Source: an uncultured delta proteobacterium (GTDB lineage: Bacteria; Desulfobacterota; Binatia; Binatales; Binataceae). Taken from it: DNA of 64,000 nt. The notes under the pieces were generated by a model. The model had not been told where the DNA came from, searched no databases, and worked only from the letters and a program-made list of their open reading frames with translations. This document shows positions 1 to 9,070 of this stretch, piece by piece; positions within the stretch are counted from its first letter, which is position 1; the number at the start of each line of letters is the position of its first letter. The stretch is taken from positions 1 through 64,000 of the forward strand of contig CAVRVY010000002.1 in NCBI GenBank assembly GCA_963724765.1, written 5' to 3'. The position numbers and the translations under genes are program-made.

Positions 1-268
1 ACCAGCCGACAGGTGTGGTCCGCAGTGTTTTGATGTTTCTCGGTTGGCGGTGGGCCGAAGGTACAGAGAATCTCGTGGACGACTCGCATCGCCTCTTCGT
101 TTTTTACCCTGGCATTCAGGACGACGCCATGCCCACGAGGCGGAATGGTGCAACTCTCAGCGATTTCCGAGTCTGTCATCTCGGAGAAGGTCGCTTCCTT
201 ACAACAGCGTGCTATTAAACTCCTAAGCCCAATCTGATCAGAACCCGTAAGAACTGCCTCGAGATTCT

Positions 269-517
269 TCAATGGCGTTCACCAAGTGTTCTTTCGCTTC
301 GGCGATCGGCATCTGAGCTAAGCAGCGAGCGCAGGTACTCCAGTAACGAAACGAGCAAGGGGCCGTGCTTTTTCGACGCACGGCGACGCTTTGTTGATTC
401 CAGCTTCGATCGATGCGAAGTTACCGTCCGCCTATTCACTCGGACTTGCGTCGCGCTGCCTCGCCGGAATGTCGGAACCGGACTCATATAGGATTCCAGT
501 TCGATCATTTGTCCCAT
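269..517 (-). CDS. Hypothetical basic protein (82 aa), possibly co-transcribed with the CNBD gene
   Basis: ATG at 517 lies 1 nt after the stop of the 519-1004 gene; no recognisable motif. Confidence 0.3.
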   Translation of the reverse strand: MGQMIELESYMSPVPTFRRGSATQVRVNRRTVTSHRSKLESTKRRRASKKHGPLLVSLLEYLRSLLSSDADRRSERTLGERH

Positions 518-518
518 C

Positions 519-1004
519 TCAGTTACCCAGGCGTCGTTCGAGATTGTCCGTCGTGGCTCTCGCGCGGCGTAAATGGGCCGCCAGGCCGCAGGCGATCCTG
601 CGCCAGAGGCGGGGAAGCCTGTCGGCCAGCTTCGAAAACTCGAATTCTGTGATCCGCGCGACCACCGAGTCACACGCCGCAATCACTGACGCCGAGCGCG
701 GAGCCTTAGGATCAACCAGAACCATTTCGCCCAGGTGTTCCCCAGCGGTGCGCCGCTCGACCAATTCGCCGTTAACAAGCACCGAAAACTCTCCGATCAA
801 AATCAGGAAGAGGTCGCTTCCAGAAGCACCCTGCCGGATCAGCGTCCTGCCCGATGATACCTCTTCGAGGCTCATGTGCCGTGAGAATTCGAGCGCCAGA
901 TCCTGTTCGCGGATGAGACTCTGCGCTCTAAGCGCCTCGGTGAGCCGCGGCCTTCCTTCGGGTCCCTGAAATTGAGCCAACAGAGACTTGTCCTTGAGTT
1001 CCAT
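519..1004 (-). CDS. Stand-alone cyclic-nucleotide-binding domain (CNBD) protein
   Basis: cNMP-binding signature: LIRQG..GSDLFLILIGEFSV..GEHLGEM..DPKAPRSASVIA; no HTH or other C-terminal domain. Confidence 0.85.
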   Translation of the reverse strand: MELKDKSLLAQFQGPEGRPRLTEALRAQSLIREQDLALEFSRHMSLEEVSSGRTLIRQGASGSDLFLILIGEFSVLVNGELVERRTAGEHLGEMVLVDPKAPRSASVIAACDSVVARITEFEFSKLADRLPRLWRRIACGLAAHLRRARATTDNLERRLGN

Positions 1005-1016
1005 GTACTCAGCAAC

Positions 1017-1033
1017 AGCGACAACCGTGCCAA
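1017..1033 (-). promoter_or_regulatory. Candidate sigma-54 (-24/-12) promoter of the CNBD gene
   Basis: Minus strand reads TTGGCACGGTTGTCGCT against consensus YTGGCACG-N4-TTGCW; conserved in the second copy at 2442-2458. Confidence 0.65.
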
Positions 1034-1090
1034 CAAGGAATGGCTTAGGACTAAAGAGTTTTCGGTTCGGATAGACGGTGAGATTTCAAC

Positions 1091-1117
1091 TTGAAGCAAT
1101 GTTCTTGCAATTTTCAA
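1091..1117. promoter_or_regulatory. Candidate activator-binding (UAS) dyad
   Basis: TTGAAGCAATGTTCTTGCAATTTTCAA has TTGAA/TTCAA and GCAA/TTGC symmetry and is 26/27 identical to 2517-2543, while the flanks are more diverged. Confidence 0.5.
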
Positions 1118-1280
1118 TGACGAGCGGCAGCCCGATTCTCCGCCTGTCGTTTGAAATCGGGGCGAGGACCTCCTCCGGGCGCTGAAGTTGGAAGGAAGTG
1201 TGACGCCCGATTGGTACCGCAAGCTTGCTCATCAAACCCCTGAGTATGCATCTGACTGCCCGCCAAGGAGGCGGGTAGTC

Positions 1281-1575
1281 ATGGCATTGAAAAATCCGAA
1301 GACCGAAGGCAACCAGTTATCTAAGGAAATCGCTGCTCGAGAGCGCTGGAGGGCTCTCTATGGGGCTGAACCACCGCAGCGGGGGCAGCTGCGATTTGCT
1401 GGTTCGGACGGTCGCGTGTCGCGTCCAGGAGCACGCGCTCGGCGGCCTCAGCGTCTCCACGCAGTCTGCTTTAGGGAATTGCCGATGATGCGGCTGCTCG
1501 CCAGGCTGTGATGGTCACGCCGACTCGCAAGCTCCACGCTGGTGCCATCCTGTTACGCGAATGGCATGGTACTGC
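1281..1575 (+). pseudogene. Degraded DUF2924-family gene
   Basis: Fragments LSKEIAA-RERWRALYGAEPP and RKLHAGAILLREWHG in different frames match LASEIAS..RERWKAMFGKAPS and RIVRPGAVLVREWRG of the intact copy at 56129-56605. Confidence 0.7.
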
Positions 1576-1682
1576 GCGGCTGATCGAGCAGCACAGCCGC
1601 ACGGCGGAACCCTGCCATTCAAAAGATAATTCCAAGCATCGCAAGGCCGGGCAAGGCGATAAGACAGGAGCAGAAGCCGCCA

Positions 1683-1730
1683 CTACTGGGTCACTTGCTC
1701 CCGAGCCTACTGGGTCACTTGCTCCCGAGC
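1683..1730. repeat. Perfect 24-bp tandem duplication
   Basis: CTACTGGGTCACTTGCTCCCGAGC twice; overlaps the stop codon of the USP ORF. Confidence 0.95.
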
Positions 1731-2228
1731 CCAAACGTGTTTGACGGGGTTAACAGTGTGTCTACACTCGTCAATGTGCCGAACAGTTTCTGGTTTCGGG
1801 TCACCGACTGTACGTATCCTGAGGACGGGGCAAGGTGAGCACCGCAGGATCTTTTCAGCCGTACCGTCGATCAAGAGATCCAACAGGTGAGTTTCCCCAC
1901 GCATAGACATCACTATAAGGTCAACCTGGATTTTTCTCACCAGCTGTCCGATCACTTCGTGAACGACGCCAAAGTGGAGTTCGGAACGGCATCTTGGATA
2001 GAGCTCTCTTGCTTGTTTCTCGAAACGCTCAAGCTCGCTCGAAGCCGTCTCGGCATAACGCTCGAGCAGTTTTGTGGGCTCAGACCAACGCGCGATTCCG
2101 TACGGTAACGGCTCAACGACATGCACGAGCACTACTTCGGGTTCGTGATCGCGCATCAATTCTATCGCGTATTTTAGTGCCTCGAACGATTGTTCGGAAA
2201 AGTCAGTGGGCACCATAATCCGTTTCAT
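1707..2228 (-). CDS. Universal stress protein (UspA family)
   Basis: MKRIMVPTDFSEQS..ALKYA..VLVHVVEP..VDLIVMSMRG..GTAEKILRCSPCPVL. Confidence 0.9.
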   Translation of the reverse strand: MKRIMVPTDFSEQSFEALKYAIELMRDHEPEVVLVHVVEPLPYGIARWSEPTKLLERYAETASSELERFEKQARELYPRCRSELHFGVVHEVIGQLVRKIQVDLIVMSMRGETHLLDLLIDGTAEKILRCSPCPVLRIRTVGDPKPETVRHIDECRHTVNPVKHVWAREQVTQ

Positions 2229-2279
2229 TTTTTTCCTCACAAAGAAAAGTGCTCAAGCCTTATGGAAAAAGATCCATCG

Positions 2280-2428
2280 AAGCCTGAGGGTACTGCTTCC
2301 AGGCTCACTGCCGTGCGAATTCGAGCGCAAGGTCTTGGTCGCGGGTGAGGCTCTGCAACTTATAATAAGGGTGTCGGCGACTCGCGGCCCCTGAAATTGA
2401 CCAGCATAGATTCATCCTTCAGCTCCAT
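2280..2428 (-). pseudogene. Frameshifted 5' fragment of a second CNBD gene
   Basis: MELKDESML..QFQG..QSLTRDQDLALEFAR, read across frameshifts, parallels MELKDKSLLAQFQG..QSLIREQDLALEFSR of 519-1004. Confidence 0.75.
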
Positions 2429-2441
2429 GCGTCGGATCAGA

Positions 2442-2458
2442 AGCGACAAACGTGCCAA
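2442..2458 (-). promoter_or_regulatory. Candidate sigma-54 promoter, second copy (now upstream of the CNBD remnant and USP)
   Basis: TTGGCACGTTTGTCGCT on the minus strand. Confidence 0.6.
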
Positions 2459-2745
2459 TAAAAACAGCTTCAGAGGCAAAGAGGTTTCGCTTCCCAATAA
2501 ACAGCAGGATTTCACCTTGAAGCAATGGTCTTGCAATTTTCAATGATGAACAGCTGCGCAGGCGTCCATAGCATTGAAAGGGTAACTATCCCTTCACTGT
2601 AGACTTTCGATCCGCTAAAATTAGACCCGACAGGCCGGTTTCTAGTTCGGGTTCGTCGGACGGGGGCGACGACCCGCCATTAAAATGCCCGCGCCAAGCG
2701 GGATTCATCGCGTGGCCGCTAGCGGCGCTGTTTACAATCTTCGGT

Positions 2746-3441
2746 TCAATCGGCATTGGATCCAGCTTCAATCCATTCATCAATAAGGAGATCGGACACT
2801 GGAACATTTTCGTTCGGCATGATCGCCAATGCGCCCAGATAGCCGGACTTTTCGACATGGAAAATTATCGGCGTTTGATGATGGCCTTCGGCGAATTCAA
2901 ACCCATAATCGATACATCCAACAAATGCACCATCAAAGATGTCGGCGCTATTCTTAGGTTTTACGAAGACATCCTGAATGAACGGTTTTTCTTGGCCGGG
3001 GAAAAGAGTAGTCCCCAGTGTGTGCGGGTTGCGTTTTCTTTTTCTCAATGGATCACAGGTCGCTCTCTGCGCAATCAAATAATCAATTTGCTTGCCCATG
3101 CCCGTAAAGTAAGGGTCTATGTAAATCCAAGTCCCAGCGGCAGGCGAGTGCCCGACATTGGACAATATAAATCTAAAGCTATAACGCGCCCCCCTCTTGT
3201 CATGCGTAAGGTCGTCGTTTGGCAAAATGACCTTGATGTAAACCCAAGGTCTTTGCGACATCTCAAACTGCTTCTGCGATATTGCAACGCTTTGGCTAGT
3301 GAGATAGGCGAGCCACGCGGTGACGCTAGTATAGCCGATTACAACGCAGAGCCCGAACAAACCAAGTATAAAGGTGCCCACTTCAAGGGCGTTGTATTCA
3401 CGACATTGGGATTTGTTCTTGGAGTTATTGGACTCTGGCAA
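2746..3441 (-). CDS. Hypothetical membrane-anchored protein (IS1595 passenger)
   Basis: 231 aa; N-terminal hydrophobic helix (VGTFILGLFGLCVVIGYTSVTAWLAYL) followed by QRPWV and a beta-rich region; AT-richer than the flanks. Confidence 0.6.
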   Translation of the reverse strand: MPESNNSKNKSQCREYNALEVGTFILGLFGLCVVIGYTSVTAWLAYLTSQSVAISQKQFEMSQRPWVYIKVILPNDDLTHDKRGARYSFRFILSNVGHSPAAGTWIYIDPYFTGMGKQIDYLIAQRATCDPLRKRKRNPHTLGTTLFPGQEKPFIQDVFVKPKNSADIFDGAFVGCIDYGFEFAEGHHQTPIIFHVEKSGYLGALAIMPNENVPVSDLLIDEWIEAGSNAD

Positions 3442-3599
3442 GGCATACTCCGTAGAAGAATCGCGATCGGATCTGCGCTAATCGTGGTTAGTACTCTTTT
3501 GTGTTTTGTTGGCCCTTTCGTATTTTTTGGATTGATTTAGTTTGCGGCGTCTAGATGTCAATTGATTGTAAATTTATGATTCACCACGACAGGCCGGAG

Positions 3600-4385
3600 T
3601 TAAAACCAGATGAGCCAGTGGGGGTTTGCAGAGAGAAGTCTCTCGAACTTCCATATCACGCTCTTGACTTCACTGATGATTTGTCGAAGGAGGCCGCGTA
3701 CCGAGCGTGTGCTGATGTCCGTCTCAAAAGTTATGTCGAAGAGCAATTTCCCCTTCACTTTCACTTCGGACTGTGGAGTGTTGGCGGGGAACTCCACCTC
3801 GGCGACTATTGCGCCATCATCAAGGCTGCCGTCATTGAACGTTATGATTCCACGCGTACCCTGAGTCTCGATACTGAACGCACCGCCGCGGTGCATTGTT
3901 TGAGTCACGGTGAGCAACTTATGTTTGTCTCGGGCATCAAGTTCTTGAAGGAGCCAGAGCAAATTCTTTTTAGGGTCCGGTCCCATATACGGTTGCAACT
4001 TTCGGATTTCGACGATTGCGTCTTCATGGATGCGTTTCAAACGCCATCGTGTACTATCGAAGTCGGCGGCCTTCGCATAGATAGGAAAGGCGGTTCCTCG
4101 ATCGGCGAGATCGCTACCGGCAAGCCGCCACGCGAGGTAGTCGAGAGTGGAACGCATATTGTGGACGCAATCACCAATGAGCAAGGCCAACTCAATTTGC
4201 GGAATAGATTTACTGATTTTCAACTTGAACAAATATTTGCTCTGTTCACTGTCGTATTCGTCGACAACGGCGTAGGGTTGCGTTTCGCGGAAGGCCGCTA
4301 TTTTTGCTGTAAGCGTCTCCAGATGTATCTCGGCGCGCCCGATTTTATCCCAACATTCGGTTAAATATGATTTTCCAACAGTCAT
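3600..4385 (-). CDS. Hypothetical helical protein, possibly HEPN-like (IS1595 passenger)
   Basis: 261 aa with motifs KIGRAEIHL, LIGDCVHNMRSTLDYLAW and LQELDARDKH, a pattern I associate with mobile-element proteins. Confidence 0.65.
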   Translation of the reverse strand: MTVGKSYLTECWDKIGRAEIHLETLTAKIAAFRETQPYAVVDEYDSEQSKYLFKLKISKSIPQIELALLIGDCVHNMRSTLDYLAWRLAGSDLADRGTAFPIYAKAADFDSTRWRLKRIHEDAIVEIRKLQPYMGPDPKKNLLWLLQELDARDKHKLLTVTQTMHRGGAFSIETQGTRGIITFNDGSLDDGAIVAEVEFPANTPQSEVKVKGKLLFDITFETDISTRSVRGLLRQIISEVKSVIWKFERLLSANPHWLIWF

Positions 4386-4427
4386 GGGATGGTTAGGCCC
4401 GACATTCTTTTAAGGGCGTTCTTATTT

Positions 4428-4568
4428 ATGGCACAGAAAAAGAAACCGACAGTAAAAGATGGCGAGATAGCGATTCCCGTCCCTAAGCGTAGCGACCTAG
4501 CGCGCGTGTTGAAGACAGCGGCGCAACCACTAAGGCCGCGCCGCCCGAAGAAGAAGCGTCCGGAATGA
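4428..4568 (+). CDS. Small basic protein (46 aa) overlapping the transposase 3' end antisense
   Basis: ATG 4428 to TGA 4568: MAQKKKPTVKDGEIAIPVPKRSDLARVLKTAAQPLRPRRPKKKRPE; below the ORF-track cut-off. Confidence 0.4.
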   Translation: MAQKKKPTVKDGEIAIPVPKRSDLARVLKTAAQPLRPRRPKKKRPE

Positions 4569-5471
4569 CGATTGACGGTCGTTGCGATGATTATAGCGCC
4601 ACGCATACTCGCTCAGGTACGACTGCAAATGCTTGCTGGAAACCGAATGATAGACGCCGCCGATCCCGCGCTTTACCAGCGACCAAAATCCTTCCAGCGA
4701 GTTAACGTGCACGTCGCCCTCAACATAAACTTTCGCCGCGTGATGGACGCGCTTGTGCTGAAAACCCAGCCCCTTGAGCGGATCGTAAATTCCGGCCTCA
4801 TCGGTATAGACAGTCGAACGCGGCAATACCCGCTCGATGACGTGTGGCAGTACCGTTCGCTTGGTAGTATCGGGGACGACACGGGCAACTACCCGTCCGC
4901 CACGTTCCATCGCGCCCCATACTGGCTGCTTCCCTACCGCTCCACGACCGGAACCAAACCGCTTATTGGCGTGCTTGTTCTTTTCCTTTCCGCCCATGAA
5001 AGTTTCATCGGTTTCGACAGTTCCAACCAGATCGCGGATATTTTCCTCGAACATCGTGCGTATCTGCTTGAACATCCGCCACGCGGTTTTGTAGGTGACG
5101 CCAAGCTCTCGCTCAAGCTGTTTTGCGGAGATACCGCATCGGGTGCTCGTCATCAGATACATCGCATAGAACCACAGATGCAGAGATGTGGACGACTTGT
5201 GGAAAATCGTGCCCGCAGTCGGATGCAAGTGATGCCCGCATGTCGTACACGTCCACGATTGCCGTTGCTGCTTGGTCGCGTATCGCTGGAACGGGCGGAT
5301 AGCAATGCACTTCGGGCAGCCCGCGTGGGTTCCGTCCGGCGAATAGCGGTCGCGCCACAATTGCTGCAAGCAGGCCTCGTCGTCGGGATACTCCGCGATA
5401 AACTCCATAAGGGAGCAGCGTGACTCCGAAGACGCACGGCGCGTAGGAGATTTACGGTCTTTCATCTGCAT
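4530..5471 (-). CDS. IS1595-family transposase
   Basis: Zn ribbon CPKC..CTTC, HTH GISAKQLERELGVTYKTAWRM, catalytic motifs VETDETFMGG, VYTDE, HVNSLEGFWSLVKR, YLSEYAWRYN. Confidence 0.95.
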   Translation of the reverse strand: MQMKDRKSPTRRASSESRCSLMEFIAEYPDDEACLQQLWRDRYSPDGTHAGCPKCIAIRPFQRYATKQQRQSWTCTTCGHHLHPTAGTIFHKSSTSLHLWFYAMYLMTSTRCGISAKQLERELGVTYKTAWRMFKQIRTMFEENIRDLVGTVETDETFMGGKEKNKHANKRFGSGRGAVGKQPVWGAMERGGRVVARVVPDTTKRTVLPHVIERVLPRSTVYTDEAGIYDPLKGLGFQHKRVHHAAKVYVEGDVHVNSLEGFWSLVKRGIGGVYHSVSSKHLQSYLSEYAWRYNHRNDRQSSFRTLLLRAARP

Positions 5472-5519
5472 GAATATAGACTATCAAAACCGCGCTCTAC
5501 AGTCAAGGGATAATTACCT

Positions 5520-5948
5520 GATAATATTATAAAGCCGATTCTGGATGCTCTTACTGGCCCACAGGGACTCATGATCGATGACAACCAGCTCCAGGCAGTC
5601 GGCTGTGCATGGCTGGACGTTCCTCACCTTAACGAAACGCTGAACGTCGAACTACGCTGGTCTCCGGGGGACTACGTTGAGAAAGAAGGCCTCTGCTTTG
5701 TTGAGTTGGCTGCAAAACTGTATTTTCCGTTCAACTCAACTCTACCGATCGAAGCCAATCGAATTTTGCTGGCCGCCATCAAAGAACAGCTGACCGCCGC
5801 GAACAAGATCGAAGACATTTGGGGTGCATCTCATCCAAATGCAGCCCTTGGCCGAAGACTGATGCCGATTCAGCGATTTTTCCATGGGGGCCGTCTCGAC
5901 AAGTTCGTCAAGATGACGCTCAAGGAGTTCGAAGAGACCTTGTCATGA
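5520..5948 (+). pseudogene. RusA-like resolvase-family gene, N-terminus removed by IS1595
   Basis: The frame is open from the IS end: DNIIKPILDALTGPQGLMIDDNQ matches the RusA pattern DN..K...DAL......DD.Q. Confidence 0.6.
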
Positions 5949-6356
5949 ACGTGGCTCGCCCCGTCCGGAATGCGCCGGGGATCCCGCCAAAGACTTCGGG
6001 AGAGTGGAGAGAGAATTGAAAGAAAACGGGCAACGATTCTGTGACGTATGTAACGAGGAGATTCCAAAAGGGGCCAAGTACCAACGCAGCCAGATGCCCG
6101 CTCAAGCGGCTGACCTGCTGAGCGGAAGTCGTGATCCTGACCTGATTCCAACCTGGACCACGAATGTAACCTCCTCCGACTCCAGCTCCCTGAAGAAGAG
6201 ATCAAAGGTGTCTACGAGCAGGGCGAAGAATACGACTTTTATCGCGCCCGGAGAACGGCTCTTGCGGCGTCTCGTCGCTGTCACCAAAATCAGCTTTCGC
6301 CCTGCGATCAGCCAATAAATACCCGCTTTGCTCGTTTTCCCACTGTCGCCGCGTTC

Positions 6357-6633
6357 TCATGGGCAATTTCTCGCCGCTCGATAGCCAGCCGCGTCGGCAG
6401 CCTCTCGGCTTGGGAACTCGACGCGGTTTGCGGGTGACATCGTATCGTAGCTCCCACATCCAGGCCATGCGTAGATTTTACTCTTTCGGTTCCCAACGAT
6501 TGAGCCGGACGACGCTTTCGGCTCCTTATGCGACTCCTCCTCCGGCATGGTGCGCGCAGAGGCTCCGAGAGGACGCGATCGCTGAACACGGGCATTCCAA
6601 TTCTGCTCGTACTGCGCAGCGACTGAAGGGTCG
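6357..6633 (-). pseudogene. C-terminal remnant: probable PLD-family nuclease tail plus Ada-type metal-binding domain, truncated by IS21
   Basis: In frame from the IS21 end: DPSVAAQYEQNWNAR..IVGNRKSKIYAWPGCGSYDTMSPANRVEFPSREAADAAGYRAARNCP. Confidence 0.65.
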
Positions 6634-6797
6634 TGTCAACACCGGAGTGAAAGTACATCAGCGCGCCAGAGCAAAAGTCCATCATTTGGATAAGCCGATG
6701 GCAGGTAGGTTGACGTCTGGCAGGGGGAGCGCGAGGGGGATCACCCCCTCGCTACTGTGTCGAAAAGATCTAGCTTTGTGGGTTGGAGTTAGTGGTG

Positions 6798-7574
6798 TTA
6801 GCCGGATTCTCGCGGTTGATCGTCACTGATGCGGCGCTTGCTGTGTTTGAGCCTGAAGCTGTCACCGTTCATCTCGAGGATGTGAACGTGGTGGGTAAGA
6901 CGATCAAGCAGTGCGCCGGTTAAGCGCTCGGAGCCGAACACGCTGGTCCACTCATCGAACGGCAGATTGCTGGTAACGATGATCGAGCCGCGCTCGTAGC
7001 GCTGGCTGAAGACTTCGAACAGTAACTCTGCACCAGTTGGGGAGAGCGGGACGTAGCCGAGTTCATCCACGATCAGAAGCTTGTAGCCGGCGAGTTGACG
7101 TTGGAGGCGCAGCAGACGCTTCTCATCATGCGCTTCATGCAGCTCGTTGACCAAAGCGGCAGCGGTGGTGAAGCCGACCGCGAGACCCTTCTGGCAGGCG
7201 GCCAGACCTAGCCCGAGAGCCACATGAGTCTTGCCGGTGCCACTGTTGCCGACCGCGATGATGTTCTCGCGGCGCGCGATATACTCCGAGCGGGCCAGTT
7301 CCAGCACTAGCGTCTTGTTGAGCGAGGGGAGCGCTGCGAATTCGAAGCTATCGAGACTTTTGACCGCCGGGAACCTGGCTTCCTTGATTCGCCGCTCGAT
7401 GGTCCGGCGTTCCCGTTCGATCATCTCCAGCTCGGCCAGGCGCAACAGGTAGCGAGGATAGTCGACATCCTCGCCGGCGCATTGGCGCGCCAACTTGTCA
7501 TACTCGCGCAAAAAGGTGGGCAATCTGAGTGTTTTCAAGTAATGGGTGAGCAGAACCTGGGGCGTATCGCTCAT
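6798..7574 (-). CDS. istB: IS21 helper AAA+ ATPase IstB
   Basis: Walker A GNSGTGKT, Walker B LLIVDELGY, TSNLPF..ALLDRLTHH..GDSFR. Confidence 0.95.
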   Translation of the reverse strand: MSDTPQVLLTHYLKTLRLPTFLREYDKLARQCAGEDVDYPRYLLRLAELEMIERERRTIERRIKEARFPAVKSLDSFEFAALPSLNKTLVLELARSEYIARRENIIAVGNSGTGKTHVALGLGLAACQKGLAVGFTTAAALVNELHEAHDEKRLLRLQRQLAGYKLLIVDELGYVPLSPTGAELLFEVFSQRYERGSIIVTSNLPFDEWTSVFGSERLTGALLDRLTHHVHILEMNGDSFRLKHSKRRISDDQPRESG

Positions 7575-9070
7575 GAACCTGCTCCCGCCATCAGGCTCAG
7601 GTAGGATCGGGCCGAGGTGGTGCTCACAGTCGCCTGTGGCAGATAGGGATAGATCTTCAGGTCGAGTCGCGGTGGGCGCCGTTCGATGCGGCACAGCACG
7701 AGATGCTTGACCGCGTCGAAGCTAATCACTCCGCGATCGATCGCTTCTCGAACTCCTGCGACCACGTCTTCGAGACCGAACACCTCGAGCAAGCGCAGGA
7801 CCTGAACGAACTCCCGCTTACCGGGCTTGCGCAGGCGCGCTTCGAGCAGCCGGCGCAGCGTTGCGAACTCTTCAGGTAGTTCCCAGCCGACCAGCGGCGC
7901 GGCCTGGTCCAGCGCGCCGATCTTCCGCTCCAGCAGGGCCAGGTAGTGCAGTGGGTTGAACACGAAGTCCTCGCGCTCGTAGGAACGAGCGTGCCGGGCG
8001 ATCTCCTCGGTTGCACAGGCGATCACAACTTCGTGGACGTAACCTCGGACCAGCACCTCGCGGTGACCGTATGCGCTTGGCACTGAGTAGTCGTTGCCGC
8101 GGTAGCGCACCAGCGACAACGAGCTGACCCAGGCGGGCCTCTTTTCGCACGCATCATAGGGTGCGGGCGGCAGCGGCAGGAGAGCCTCACGGTCCTTCAC
8201 CAGCCGCTCGCCGATGGTGTCATCATGACCACGTAGCCGATCCTTCAAACGACGGCGGCAGCACTCCAGCAACTGCTCATTTAGCTCAGCGAAGCTGAGT
8301 GCGCGCGGGATCGGCACCATGAAGTTGCGCCGCGCATAGCCGACCAACCCCTCGACCTTGCCCTTATCGTTACCCTTGCCCGGCCGCCCGAAGCGATCGG
8401 CGAACAGAGAGTGGGACTGCAGCTCACTGAAGACCTTGGTGCGCTTACGGGTGCCATCTCCGAGTATGCGCGCCACCGCCAGCTTGGTGTTGTCGTAGAG
8501 GATCGAACGCGGCACTCCGCCAAAGAACTCGAAGCTGACGTTGTGACCTTCGCAGAAGGCCTCGGTGCTCTCCGCCGGATAGGCCTGCACCAAACAAGCA
8601 TCGCTGTGCGGCAAGTCCATCGCGAAGAAGTGGATCTTGCACTCCTCACCTGCGATTACCGCGAGCGCTTCACCGAAGTCGACTTGCGCGTGTCCAGGAT
8701 CATGGTGCAGTGGCACGAACATCTCGCGCAGCCGCTGGCGATGCTCGTGTACGTAAGCCCTTACGATCGAGATCCCGCCGTCATACCCATGCTCATCGCG
8801 CAGCCGCTCGAAAATCCGTTTCGCCGTGTGCTGCTGCTTGGCTGGGCGTAACTTATCTTCTTCCAAGATCCGGTCGATAATCCCGACAAACGGATCCAGC
8901 TTGGGCCGCGCCGGCGGCCGGCTCCGTCGATAACCAGGCGGCACCGAGAACGCCAGCATCTTCGCCACCGTCCGCGGGTCGATCCCAAAGCGCCGTGCTG
9001 CTTCCCGCCGACTCAGCCCCTCCACGTAAACCGCTCGTCGAACCTGCGCGTATAGTTCCACCCGCTTCAT
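7571..9070 (-). CDS. istA: IS21 transposase IstA
   Basis: N-terminal HTH, AQVDFGE, ILYDN, KGKVEGLVGY DDE motifs. Confidence 0.95.
   Translation of the reverse strand: MKRVELYAQVRRAVYVEGLSRREAARRFGIDPRTVAKMLAFSVPPGYRRSRPPARPKLDPFVGIIDRILEEDKLRPAKQQHTAKRIFERLRDEHGYDGGISIVRAYVHEHRQRLREMFVPLHHDPGHAQVDFGEALAVIAGEECKIHFFAMDLPHSDACLVQAYPAESTEAFCEGHNVSFEFFGGVPRSILYDNTKLAVARILGDGTRKRTKVFSELQSHSLFADRFGRPGKGNDKGKVEGLVGYARRNFMVPIPRALSFAELNEQLLECCRRRLKDRLRGHDDTIGERLVKDREALLPLPPAPYDACEKRPAWVSSLSLVRYRGNDYSVPSAYGHREVLVRGYVHEVVIACATEEIARHARSYEREDFVFNPLHYLALLERKIGALDQAAPLVGWELPEEFATLRRLLEARLRKPGKREFVQVLRLLEVFGLEDVVAGVREAIDRGVISFDAVKHLVLCRIERRPPRLDLKIYPYLPQATVSTTSARSYLSLMAGAGS

Larger units (their letters stand above)
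2581..5518 (-). mobile_element. IS1595-family transporter element with passenger genes (about 2.9 kb)
   Basis: Terminal inverted repeats GGTAACTATCCCTTCACTGTAGA (2581-2603) and GGTAATTATCCCTTGACTGTAGA (reverse complement of 5496-5518), 21/23 identical. They enclose the transposase and other ORFs. No target duplication seen. Confidence 0.85.

Noticed and set aside
2857-5423. Long + strand ORFs 2857-3540, 3555-4364 and 4572-5423
   Set aside because: Antisense shadows of the transposase and of the better-supported minus-strand cargo ORFs. The strand choice for 2746-3441 versus 2857-3540 is less certain.
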